Source: Chlamydiota bacterium
GTDB lineage: Bacteria; Chlamydiota; Chlamydiia; Chlamydiales; SM23-39
Direction of reading: 5' to 3'
Assembly: GCA_039179045.1 (NCBI GenBank)
Contig: JBCDEZ010000020.1
Span: 1 to 25,299, forward strand
DNA: 25,299 nt
Under the pieces are notes generated by a model, which worked only from the letters and a program-made list of their open reading frames with translations, made no database searches and was not told the origin of the DNA. Shown here piece by piece: positions 1 through 8,459 of the stretch. A program made the position numbers and the translations under genes. Position 1 is the first letter of the stretch; every line of letters begins with the position of its first letter.

Positions 1-271
1 CATAGGAGAGCGAAGGGATCTTGGCCTAGATGAGGTGGGCATAAGTCTTTGGGGGAAACGGACTAGATCCTTGCGAAGAGCTCTTGTAGAAAAAGCATGC
101 TCCAGGATGATAAGGACTCTATGGTCCCGTGTTCTACTCAAGAAAACCAAGCGCTCAAAGAGTAGAAGGTTACTGAAAATCCCTGATGAATCAAATGATG
201 AGAGCCGAGAGCTAGAAAATCTTCAAGGATAGTCCTGGTTGGTCTGAAAATCTGATTTTTTCAACAACGCC
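1..271 (+). mobile_element. 3' end of a degenerate IS5-family (IS903 group) element: transposase C-terminal remnant plus terminal inverted repeat
   Basis: Translation gives LWGKRTRSLRRALVEKACSRM, then after a frameshift YGPVFYSRKPSAQRVEGY*KSLMNQMMRA, resembling the IS903-type C-terminus (W...Y.RRS..ET...R.K...G..L..R....Q..E......N.M). The reverse complement of 252-271 is GGCGTTGTTGAAAAAATCAG, close to the IS903 IR GGCTTTGTTGAATAAATC. 132-271 is repeated in inverted form at 25157-25299. Confidence 0.8.
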
Positions 272-489
272 CTATTTATGCGTACCCTTCATTTTTTTGG
301 ACGCACCGATACCTATTTTTCAACAAAACAAATTCTAGTCTCCTAGAAAACTAGAATGTAGAGATATAAAAAATAGTAGGGATTTTTCTTTTATATTTTT
401 CTATTTTTTACGTAACTACGAAAAACATCTTGAAAAAAAAGCCCCCAGAATATAAAATTATAATTTTCTATTTTTCTAGGATAGTTACT

Positions 490-1884
490 ATGAATCCAGT
501 GTTGCCTTATGAAAAAACTGTTCAAATTCAAGGAGAATTGTGTAGGGATTTTCTTCCCTGCACACGCCGATTGCGGGCAATACCTGGCATACCTCGCATT
601 ACGTATTGTGCAGGCACACAAAATCAACCCTCTTCTCTGACTGTAGTAGGTGCTTTTCACACCGCCACCCTATACGTAAGAGGGGAGAACCCTCCTGGAA
701 AAGCTATTTCACCAGCCGATGTGTACAAAATGCAAGGTGACCTAGCTAATAAAGCTATAAAGTCTATCTGCCACATCGAGGATGCTGATGAATCCCGTTT
801 CAAAAAACTATTGACGGAAAAGATCTTGCCGAAGATGCAAGAGAGCTTTTTTCTTACTTTATGTTTCACGAAAAAGCCTCCGGAATCAGACTATCCCTTA
901 GGTTTTATCCGAGTTCGCGCAAAAGGTAAGGAGCCCTTCATAAAAGAATTCTTGCAAAACCCCCCTTTACCAGATGGGGCCTCAAAAGCGGAGGGAACTC
1001 AGTGGATAAGAACCCTGCGTGAGATAACGTTAGATGGTGTGGAAATGCCAGAGAATTTCTTGAAATGTATGGCAGAACATGAAGTTTTCGAGAAGATCTG
1101 TATCAAAAACACGGATATAACATCGGTTCCCCCCTCTTTTTTCCAACAGAAACATCTAGAGTATCTCAATTTGGGGTGCAACGGATTGAACACCCTGCCT
1201 AAGGGGACTTACGACTTGCCTTCTGTGCGTACGATCGATTTTTCGGGAAATAAACTCACAGGTGCTGCTTTCGAGGGGGTCAGTTGGTCTGTAGACGCCC
1301 TGGAACATTTGAATCTTTCAGAGAATCATATTGAAAAGCTTTTTATTCCCATCTCACATAATAAAGGACGGTCTCCTGTATTGAAGACCCTGAACGTGGC
1401 AGGTAATCGTTTGTCTGGCTTGCCTAGTGCTTTTAATGGTGTTCTTGACGGGCTAGAGGAGCTGAATATATCCTGGAACAGGTTCGGTAAGATTGTTCCT
1501 GGAATCGTCAATTTTGAGAGTGTGAAAATTTTCCTCGCTGATGGTAATGAACTCAACGAACTTCCTGGAGAATTCATGCATTGGGGGATCGAGGAGTGTT
1601 CATTGAGTCACAACAAGTTCACAAAAATCCCGGATTGCTTGCTACAAGCACCCCGTCTAGAAAGGCTCAACCTAAGCCATAACGGCATGACTGTGCGAGG
1701 ACCTGAACCAAAGTTGAAGGGGAACGACAAATGCTGGGGCCTTAGAATCAGCGAGGGCAATACCGTTTTGCCTCCACGTTTTTTCTTAGCGCAACTTCTC
1801 ATCGACCTCTATTCTTACACCCTCGCGCCGATTTTCCAAGCAATCGGATCTCTATTCACCTATTGCTGTGAGATGGTCTACTAA
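490..1884 (+). CDS. Leucine-rich-repeat protein with a novel N-terminal domain (candidate secreted effector)
   Basis: Repeated LxxLxLxxNxL motifs (LEYLNLGCNGLNTLP, LEHLNLSENHI, LKTLNVAGNRLSGLP, LEELNISWNRF, LERLNLSHNGM). ATG at 490 is preferred over TTG at 430, whose extension is AT-rich. Confidence 0.85.
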   Translation: MNPVLPYEKTVQIQGELCRDFLPCTRRLRAIPGIPRITYCAGTQNQPSSLTVVGAFHTATLYVRGENPPGKAISPADVYKMQGDLANKAIKSICHIEDADESRFKKLLTEKILPKMQESFFLTLCFTKKPPESDYPLGFIRVRAKGKEPFIKEFLQNPPLPDGASKAEGTQWIRTLREITLDGVEMPENFLKCMAEHEVFEKICIKNTDITSVPPSFFQQKHLEYLNLGCNGLNTLPKGTYDLPSVRTIDFSGNKLTGAAFEGVSWSVDALEHLNLSENHIEKLFIPISHNKGRSPVLKTLNVAGNRLSGLPSAFNGVLDGLEELNISWNRFGKIVPGIVNFESVKIFLADGNELNELPGEFMHWGIEECSLSHNKFTKIPDCLLQAPRLERLNLSHNGMTVRGPEPKLKGNDKCWGLRISEGNTVLPPRFFLAQLLIDLYSYTLAPIFQAIGSLFTYCCEMVY

Positions 1885-1989
1885 CCGGAAAAAAGCCCTC
1901 TTTTGAGTATCTGATTCATAGCAAGCCTCCCTTAGCAGAGTTATTTTTTCTCCGCCTTTTTTCTGTACCAAACTTTTGGATGGAGTTGT

Positions 1990-2760
1990 ATGCTCTTGGC
2001 AAAAGGGGTAGGTTGTGTGGAAACAGGAACGCTTATGGGCAAAAGTACATCCCCCTCAATATGGAGGCGAGCAGCAATCCAAGCAAAGCGGTGGCTCCCT
2101 TTACTGTGTATTGCTTCAATCGCTCTAGTCGCTTATCGCTACCATCTGCCCGACTACCTCTCTTTACAAACAATCCGGGAGCAAAGAGACTCTCTTCTCC
2201 GTTTTGTTGACAATTACCCTGTAGGCGCACCTTGCCTGTACACACTCGCCTATGCGCTCCTGGCAGCAGCCTCTCTTCCTGGAGGCGCTCTGCTCACGAT
2301 ATTGGGCGGCTTCCTTTTTGCCCAACCGATGGGCACCATCTATGTGGTAATCGGCGCCTCTTTGGGCGCATCGTGCCTTTTCCTCTCAGTGCGGCATGCG
2401 TTTTTCGCGCCTCTAAAAAAAAGGATGAGCCCTCGTCTTTGCAAGCTGGCAGAGGGATACAAAAAGCATCCCGTCTCTTACCTGCTATTTCTGCGCTTGG
2501 TGCCCCTCTTCCCATTTTGGCTAGTCAACATCGCTCCGGCTCTTCTCGGAGTGGCTTTTGTGCCCTTTTTTTGGACAACAGTTGTAGGCATCATCCCCGG
2601 ATCTTTCGTCTACGTGCAAGCGGGCGTGGGACTGGGCAAGATATTCGATACAGGCGCGAAGTGGCAGGATCTGTTCAACCCAGAAATACGTCTGTTTTTG
2701 TTCTTTTTGGGGCTGGCATCACTGGCACCTATTGTCTTTCGGAGGGCATATCCATCATGA
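1990..2760 (+). CDS. TVP38/TMEM64 (DedA/SNARE-associated, YdjX-like) membrane protein
   Basis: Motifs SLPGGALLTILGGFLF, GASLGASCLF, YLLFLRLVPLFPFWLVN, FFWTTVVGIIPGSFVY. The start could be ATG 2035. Confidence 0.9.
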   Translation: MLLAKGVGCVETGTLMGKSTSPSIWRRAAIQAKRWLPLLCIASIALVAYRYHLPDYLSLQTIREQRDSLLRFVDNYPVGAPCLYTLAYALLAAASLPGGALLTILGGFLFAQPMGTIYVVIGASLGASCLFLSVRHAFFAPLKKRMSPRLCKLAEGYKKHPVSYLLFLRLVPLFPFWLVNIAPALLGVAFVPFFWTTVVGIIPGSFVYVQAGVGLGKIFDTGAKWQDLFNPEIRLFLFFLGLASLAPIVFRRAYPS

Positions 2761-3365
2761 TGGATCAGTATCTACGCAATCCTTTACAAAAAATTCTTGT
2801 CGATCCTCTTTTGCGGTCGGTGTGTTTCCGCCGTTTCTCCTCGCAGACGATCACGCTCTCGATTACAGCGCTAGGCGCTCTTTGCGGAATCTTTGCGGGA
2901 GCAGCTCTCATCGGAGGCTACCTCTGGACGAGTGTCTCTTTTCTTCTACTTTCAGGCTATTTCGATATACTCGACGGCTCGCATGCAAGAGTGCACAAAA
3001 CCTCATCTGCAAAAGGAGCTGTCCTCGATATCTTTTGCGATCGTCTTGTCGAGTGCACAACCATTTTTTCCCTATACTGGATCGATCCTGTAGGGCGCTC
3101 TTTGGTCTGTTTGTGCATGCTCAGCGCTTGCTTTCTTTGTGTCACTTCATTTCTTGTTGTAGGAATCTTTACGGAAAACACCTCTACCAAAAGCTTTCAC
3201 TATAGCCCAGGTATTATGGAAAGGGCTGAGGCCTTTGGATTTTTCCTCGTCATGATGCTTTTCCCAGGAATAGCGATTCCGTTGGGATGGGCTTTTACCT
3301 TGCTTGTACTGCTTACCTCATGCATCCGCCTGCGGGAGTTTTTCCTTCAAAGCGCCATATTGTGA
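2757..3365 (+). CDS. CDP-alcohol phosphatidyltransferase family protein (YnjF-like)
   Basis: Signature DxxDGxxAR...GxxxDxxxD is present as DILDGSHAR...GAVLDIFCDR. The likely start is ATG 2757, an ATGA overlap with the upstream stop; the longer 2232 ORF merely runs through the DedA gene. Confidence 0.88.
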   Translation: MMDQYLRNPLQKILVDPLLRSVCFRRFSSQTITLSITALGALCGIFAGAALIGGYLWTSVSFLLLSGYFDILDGSHARVHKTSSAKGAVLDIFCDRLVECTTIFSLYWIDPVGRSLVCLCMLSACFLCVTSFLVVGIFTENTSTKSFHYSPGIMERAEAFGFFLVMMLFPGIAIPLGWAFTLLVLLTSCIRLREFFLQSAIL

Positions 3366-4060
3366 TAGATGCGGTGGATGTCTTCGTCAGCATCTAAAAA
3401 ATCGATCAAAGCCTCATTCGCTTCTTGCTCTTCTTTGCCACATTTCACTGTCGTTTTGGGAAGAAATTCGAGACTAGGCTCGCTAGAGATCCCTTCCTCA
3501 TCTAGAGCCTCTTTGAGGGAATAGAGACTCTCTGCAGGCACGAGGAGCAGGTATCCTTCTTCCTCTACCAGGAAATCTTCTGCTCCTAGATCCGTAGCGA
3601 GGAGAAAAAGAGCGTCTTCTTCCACAGAGTCTTTCGGCACATAGAGCGTTCCTTTTTGCTGGAAATTGTAGGAAACAGACCCTGGAGATGCGATCGCACC
3701 TCCCCGCTTTTGTGTAGCGATTCGCATAGAAGAAGCAGTGCGGTTTTTGTTATCGGTAAGGGCAAGCGCCAAGATCCCCACCCCACCGTGGCCGTACAGC
3801 TCGTAGGTCACCTCCACGTATTGCCCCGTTTTGGGGTCTGTCGCTTTTTTCAGGTTTCTTTCGATGGTTTCTTTCGATAGACCTGCCTTTTTCGCCTTTT
3901 CGAGAAGGGCACGAAGGCGTGGGTTCGTTTTCGGGTCACTCCCTTGCGCTTTGACTGCGCTGATCAGCTCTTTTGTCAGCTGAGAAAAAAGCTTCCCCTT
4001 TTTCTGGTCCGCTCTTTCTTTTTTGTGTTTGATATTCGCCCATTTGCTGTGTCCTGCCAT
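3347..4060 (-). CDS. yebC: YebC/PmpR family protein
   Basis: MAGHSKWANIKHKKERADQKKGKLFS, YELYGHGGVG, LTDNKNRT, C-terminal DIHRIYHN; AGGAG upstream. Confidence 0.97.
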   Translation of the reverse strand: MAGHSKWANIKHKKERADQKKGKLFSQLTKELISAVKAQGSDPKTNPRLRALLEKAKKAGLSKETIERNLKKATDPKTGQYVEVTYELYGHGGVGILALALTDNKNRTASSMRIATQKRGGAIASPGSVSYNFQQKGTLYVPKDSVEEDALFLLATDLGAEDFLVEEEGYLLLVPAESLYSLKEALDEEGISSEPSLEFLPKTTVKCGKEEQEANEALIDFLDADEDIHRIYHNMAL

Positions 4061-4749
4061 ATAAGCATCTTCTCCTGACGGTATGTTTGAAAAAACTGCT
4101 GCCCAAACTGTTTCGCTTGCGAAAAATAAGGAAACTTCTGCTCTTGCTCTTTGAATGCCTTTGTATGCACCAAGATTCTTCCCCCGGAGCTAAGATGTGG
4201 AGGAAATAGCGCATGGAGCGCTTCGTGATAAATGATGTACTCTAGAAAATAGAGGGGCACCTTGGGACTGTCGAGTGTGCGATTGATCTGGATCAACCAG
4301 TCTCTACGAGAAAAAAAACCATAGGTTAAAGAGGCGACCTGCTTGCGTGCGCGCTCTTGAAACCAGCAAATACCAGCGCCCGTAGGTGAGGGCAGGTACT
4401 TGCTTTGCACGCGCAAGTAGACCTCTTCGAGGTCGTAAAACAAGCCTACTTGTTTTTGAGGAGAAGGAGAGCGTCGAAAAAAGGGATCTTCTACAAAAAG
4501 GCGCAGCACTCCCAAAGAGCGCCTCTCTTTGCGAGATAAATAGGCAACAAGATGACCCAGCACTGCAGAAGAGGCGTGGAGAAAAGCCCGATCGAGACGC
4601 AAAGAGGCGGCATTTTGCGCAAGGTCTTCATAGCGGAGAATTTGGGATCTATCCCCAGATAACGAGAGGGAAATGCGCTTAAAAAGACGCTGGGATAAGT
4701 ACTGAGTAAGCGCTTTTTTTGTGGTGGGGACAGGGGCGATAAGACTCAT
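3976..4749 (-). CDS. SprT-like / YgjP-like zinc metalloprotease domain protein
   Basis: IQINRTLDSPKVPLYFLEYIIYHEALH (HExxH) followed by HTKAFKEQE. ATGA overlap with the upstream GNAT; the tail overlaps yebC by 85 nt. Confidence 0.75.
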   Translation of the reverse strand: MSLIAPVPTTKKALTQYLSQRLFKRISLSLSGDRSQILRYEDLAQNAASLRLDRAFLHASSAVLGHLVAYLSRKERRSLGVLRLFVEDPFFRRSPSPQKQVGLFYDLEEVYLRVQSKYLPSPTGAGICWFQERARKQVASLTYGFFSRRDWLIQINRTLDSPKVPLYFLEYIIYHEALHALFPPHLSSGGRILVHTKAFKEQEQKFPYFSQAKQFGQQFFQTYRQEKMLIWQDTANGRISNTKKKERTRKRGSFFLS

Positions 4750-5243
4750 AGATCAACTTGCATGAGGTGCTTGTCCACGTACCCCCACTCTTCTTTGATG
4801 AAACCTCGATGCGATCCATACTGCTTGAATCCCATTCTTTCATAAAGGCGGATCGCAGGATTGCCATCGTAGACTTCGAGAAGGAGCATTTCCATATGGA
4901 AGGTCTCTTTCGCCCTTCTTTTGATCTGCTCGATAAGAAGAGTCCCTACTCCTTTCCCGCGCATTGCGCTTTTCACAATAATGGCCATCAATGCGTGGTG
5001 GGCAAGCTTTTTCGATTCTTGTACATAAAGATTGATTAGGCCACAGGGCACACCTCCCACTTCTGCCACCAAAAGAGCCTTTTTCTCTGCAAAGCTGATC
5101 CAATACTTGGCCGCATCTTCCACCTCAAGATCATTGCACATAGGATACCAGGAGAGAACACCCGGCTCTTTCAGCCAAGAGACCAGATGCTCATAATCTT
5201 CCCGCTTCCCATCACGAATCAATATGGGCTCATTTTCCGACAA
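4746..5243 (-). CDS. GNAT family N-acetyltransferase
   Basis: Acetyl-CoA motif MRGKGVGTLLI and LEVYDGNPAIRLYERMGF. The likely start is TTG at 5243 with GGAG 7 nt upstream; the ORF track starts at 5321. Confidence 0.9.
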   Translation of the reverse strand: MSENEPILIRDGKREDYEHLVSWLKEPGVLSWYPMCNDLEVEDAAKYWISFAEKKALLVAEVGGVPCGLINLYVQESKKLAHHALMAIIVKSAMRGKGVGTLLIEQIKRRAKETFHMEMLLLEVYDGNPAIRLYERMGFKQYGSHRGFIKEEWGYVDKHLMQVDL

Positions 5244-5733
5244 AGCTCTTCTCCAATAGATATCGTTTATAGTACCGATCTCCCCATTTGAGATAGCGAT
5301 TTTGCTCCACAAAACAAGCAAAGCTTTGCTGGTGCAAAACCGGTAGAATACAAGAACCTTCGAATACCTCGCAGTAGACGCTTTCTAAAGAAAACTTTGT
5401 TTGCGCCAAATGCACAATATTTTTCACTAACGAAAAACCAATTCCCTTCCTACGAAAAGAAGGATCTACCATCACATAGAAAAGCGTTTTGTGCGCAAGC
5501 TTTCTGTACGGCATCAAGTAAAGGGTAGCCATCCCTAAAGGGGTTCCTTGCGACGAGACAGCTGTGAGTCCGGCGCGGAAGCGGGAAAAAGCAACCCAGT
5601 TCCTGGTAAAAGGAGCGATTTCCCGTTTTTCGCTAATGGGATAGTGAAAAAGCTCTCCCTCTTCAGAAAACCAAGACAAGAGCGCCTGCTCGTCTGCTTT
5701 CTCAGTGTAACGGATATCAAACTCGTCTTGCAT
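5230..5733 (-). CDS. GNAT family N-acetyltransferase (paralogue of the adjacent gene)
   Basis: VDPSFRRKGIGFSLV motif; shares YP...E, KLAH and EV(F/Y) motifs with the neighbouring GNAT. Confidence 0.88.
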   Translation of the reverse strand: MQDEFDIRYTEKADEQALLSWFSEEGELFHYPISEKREIAPFTRNWVAFSRFRAGLTAVSSQGTPLGMATLYLMPYRKLAHKTLFYVMVDPSFRRKGIGFSLVKNIVHLAQTKFSLESVYCEVFEGSCILPVLHQQSFACFVEQNRYLKWGDRYYKRYLLEKSFVGK

Positions 5734-5736
5734 GCA

Positions 5737-6832
5737 TTACCCAAACTCTTTCAAAAAACCATAGACAAAAGAGTCGATCTCTCCATCCATGACCGCATTG
5801 ATATTCCCACTTTCGATCTTCGTTCTAGTATCTTTGACCATGGTATAAGGCTGAAATACGTAGTTGCGTACCTGCGATCCCCAAGAGTTGTCCTTTTTTT
5901 CCCCTTGCATTTCCCGCATTTTGGCCTCGCGCCTTTCCCTTTCCCTTTCATAGAGCTTGGCGCGTAGTATTTTAAAACAAGTCTCCTTATTTTGCAGCTG
6001 GCTGCGCTCATTTTGACAAGAGACCACAATTTGCGTAGGCAAGTGGGTAATCCGGACAGCGGAATCGGTTTTATTCACATGTTGTCCACCTGCTCCCGAC
6101 GCCCGGTACGTATCGATCCGAATCTCTTCTGGCTGGATCTCGACCGAAATGGTATCATCAATCACAGGAAACACCTCAACAGAGGCAAAGCTCGTATGCC
6201 GTTTGGCGTTGCTATCAAAAGGAGAAATGCGTACGAGACGATGGACCCCTTTTTCTGATTTGCCGTATCCGTAAGCATAGTCGCCGGAAAATCGGAACGT
6301 GATCTGCTTAAAGCCTGTTACATCCCCCTTTACAAAATCGACTTTCTCTACGCGCCAACCACGACGCTCCGCCCATCTGCAGTACATGCGCGCGAGCATC
6401 TCGACCCAATCGCAGCTCTCCGTTCCTCCAGCACCTGCATTGATCGAGAAATAGACATCATTTTGGTCGAGCTCCCCCCCGAGCATCCGCCTCACTTCGA
6501 GCTCTTCGATCCCCTTCTCTACCATCACAAGCTCCTCGGCAAGTTCACCTAAAAGGCCCACATCTCCCAGCTCTTTTGCCTCTGGAAAAAGCTCTTTTAC
6601 CCCTTGCAATCGCACTTGGAGTCCCTCATAAGGAACCAACCAACTCTTGAGCTCTTTGAGTTCTTTGTTGGTTTTTTGTGCTGTCGTTGCCTCATCCCAA
6701 AATCGGGGATCTCCCATCTTTTCCTCTAAAAGAGCAATCTGCTGTTTTTTGCTCTCTAGGTCAAAGATACCTCCACATTTCAAAGAGGCGTTTTTCTAAG
6801 GGGGCAATTTTTTCAAATGCTTCCGACATCAT
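5737..6832 (-). CDS. prfB: Peptide chain release factor 2 with programmed +1 frameshift
   Basis: GGQ (ASGAGGQHVNKTDSAVR) and SPF (RISPFDSNAKRHTSF) motifs. A short first frame MMSEAFEKIAPLEKRLFEMWRYL* starts at ATG 6832/6829 with AGGAG upstream and ends in GGAGGTAT CTT TGA C. Confidence 0.97.
6760..6774 (-). other. prfB +1 frameshift cassette (internal SD GGAGG plus slippery CTT TGA C)
   Basis: Minus-strand sequence GGAGGTATCTTTGAC matches the canonical RF2 autoregulatory frameshift site. Confidence 0.95.
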
Positions 6833-6857
6833 TTCTCCTGTTCGTATATTGTTGATT

Positions 6858-6887
6858 ATCTTAACCAGTCTCAGGCGATAAAGTCAA
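6858..6887 (-). promoter_or_regulatory. Putative sigma66/sigma70-type promoter of the prfB operon
   Basis: Minus strand TTGACT-N18-TAAGAT about 25 nt upstream of the start codon. Confidence 0.5.
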
Positions 6888-7483
6888 AATGGAGCCAAAA
6901 CTTCTCTCGATGCCCAGCAATTTTACTTCTAGAGAGTCTTGCTGATGACTAGGATTTCTCTAGAGAAAGTCACTCCGTGCAAGAGCCCGGTTAGATCCAC
7001 TCGCCCTCACAAAGTTCTCTACCCCTCACTGGTTCCAAGCCGCCTATACGCAATGCTCAGGAATAAACATTCTGCACTAGCAAATAAACCCAAAATAATT
7101 CGCCTTTATATTATTTAAAAATTGATTTTTTTATTATCATAATTTGAAAAAATTCAAAATCGAACAGACGTTTTCCGAAGGATCAATCAAACAAGAAAAT
7201 TTATAATTTAAACCAATATTGCAGTCGATTTTTTACCTCGACACTTAACTCTTAGTGCATACATCAGCACTTCTAGCGGAAAGGGAAGTTGCGTCTACTA
7301 TTTTTTGATCTCTCCCGAGCAATTTCTAGTCTTACAAAAGAAAGAACTTTTTGTATTAATTCTTTCTATCCCACTATTTTTTAGATAATGAACCCTAAAA
7401 ATCATCCAATTTTAAAAAGATAGAAAAAATACGCATAGAGCATCAGGCACGTGCAGCGAAAAAAGAAAAATCTTTCAATACCT

Positions 7484-7512
7484 TTGCATTAAATTACAAA
7501 TAGGAATAGAAT
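7484..7512 (+). promoter_or_regulatory. Putative sigma66-type promoter of the Inc-like gene
   Basis: TTGCAT-N17-TAGAAT in an AT-rich intergenic region. Confidence 0.55.
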
Positions 7513-7564
7513 GTTACAATTAAATATATTTGCCTATTTTTCAGTTACTACTTTGGAGGTTTAC

Positions 7565-8296
7565 ATGAGTAACGCAGCAGCAGCAACAGCAGCACAACAG
7601 TCAATCTTGGGTTCTTGCTACGATGGAGGGGCATACGCAGTAACTTCTCTAATGGATGCGGGGTCCTGGTTAGCCAGCACCATCTACTCCGTTGGAGCTG
7701 GCGCTTTTTCCGCAATAGGATCCGCCTTTACTTGGTCCGCAGGGAAGATCGTAGCAGTCTACGTCGCATACCCTAAAATTTCCATATTAATCGGTCTTGT
7801 CGGTGGAGGCATGGCTTTGCTCGGCATCATTAGACACTGCGGAAGTGGGACATCAAAGGCGGATGAAATAGCTCGTCTTCAAAATTTATTAGACGAGTCT
7901 AATGAGAATATTGCTAAACATATGCGTAATTTTGGTATGATTAAAAGGATGTGTCAGGGCAATGAGCGAGGATTCACTCAAGCCCTCTTGGATAAAGAAA
8001 AATCACTTGTAAAAAACAAGAAAAAAATCCAGGAAAATCTCGAAAAACTGGAAAAGGAAATACGTAACTTACCGGCATTAACCGATCAAGACGACGAAAG
8101 TGCTAAGGAAGCCAGAGATAAAAAGGTGAATGAGATACAGCAAAGAATAGATACTCTCAATGCGGAGATTGTTACTAGAGATAAAGAAATCAAGAAAGTA
8201 CGGGCGGAAAAGAGGATATTTGGACAAATCCTCACTATGGAAGGGGGCGATGATGGGAAGGTGCCGGAATCAGTCATTGCTCCTCAAACCACATAG
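7565..8296 (+). CDS. Hypothetical membrane protein with hydrophobic segments and a long coiled coil (Inc/IncA-like architecture)
   Basis: Strong SD GGAGGT before ATG 7565; Ala/Ser-rich N-terminus; hydrophobic stretches SVGAGAFSAIGSAF and IVAVYVAYPKISILIGLVGGGMALLGII; heptad K/E-rich C-terminus. Confidence 0.75.
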   Translation: MSNAAAATAAQQSILGSCYDGGAYAVTSLMDAGSWLASTIYSVGAGAFSAIGSAFTWSAGKIVAVYVAYPKISILIGLVGGGMALLGIIRHCGSGTSKADEIARLQNLLDESNENIAKHMRNFGMIKRMCQGNERGFTQALLDKEKSLVKNKKKIQENLEKLEKEIRNLPALTDQDDESAKEARDKKVNEIQQRIDTLNAEIVTRDKEIKKVRAEKRIFGQILTMEGGDDGKVPESVIAPQTT

Positions 8297-8418
8297 AGCC
8301 TTTCTTGGCTTTTGGTGAGAAGTGCGAGTTTCCTCCCTTTTTCTCCGGGAAAAGGGCCTCTAGTCTGGGACCTGCATTTCTCACCCCTATCAAGGAGGAT
8401 TTTTCTTTCTCATACAAA

Positions 8419-8459
8419 GCCTAGAAAAGGAGCTAAGCTTCCTTTTCTTAGGCCTTTTT
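8419..8459 (+). terminator. Hairpin plus T-run between convergent genes (possible intrinsic terminator)
   Basis: GCCTAGAAAAGGAGC-TAA-GCTTCCTTTTCTTAGGC followed by CTTTTT; it overlaps the stop of the convergent gene. Confidence 0.45.

Noticed and set aside
312..330. Second IS903-like IR (TATTTTTCAACAAAAC)
   Set aside because: It is short, AT-rich and degenerate, so chance cannot be excluded.
2232..2756. N-terminal extension of the 377-aa ORF
   Set aside because: It overlaps the DedA gene in another frame; the family similarity begins at ATG 2757.
6925..6985. Hammerhead-like core CTGATGA...GAAA (6942-6968); GCTGATGACT also recalls a fluoride riboswitch
   Set aside because: There is an extra A before GAAA, stem III has only about 3 bp, and stem I is weak. 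A competing imperfect hairpin (TCTAGAGAG...TTCTCTAGA) explains the region, and the fluoride-riboswitch 5' element is missing. An Infernal search would settle it.
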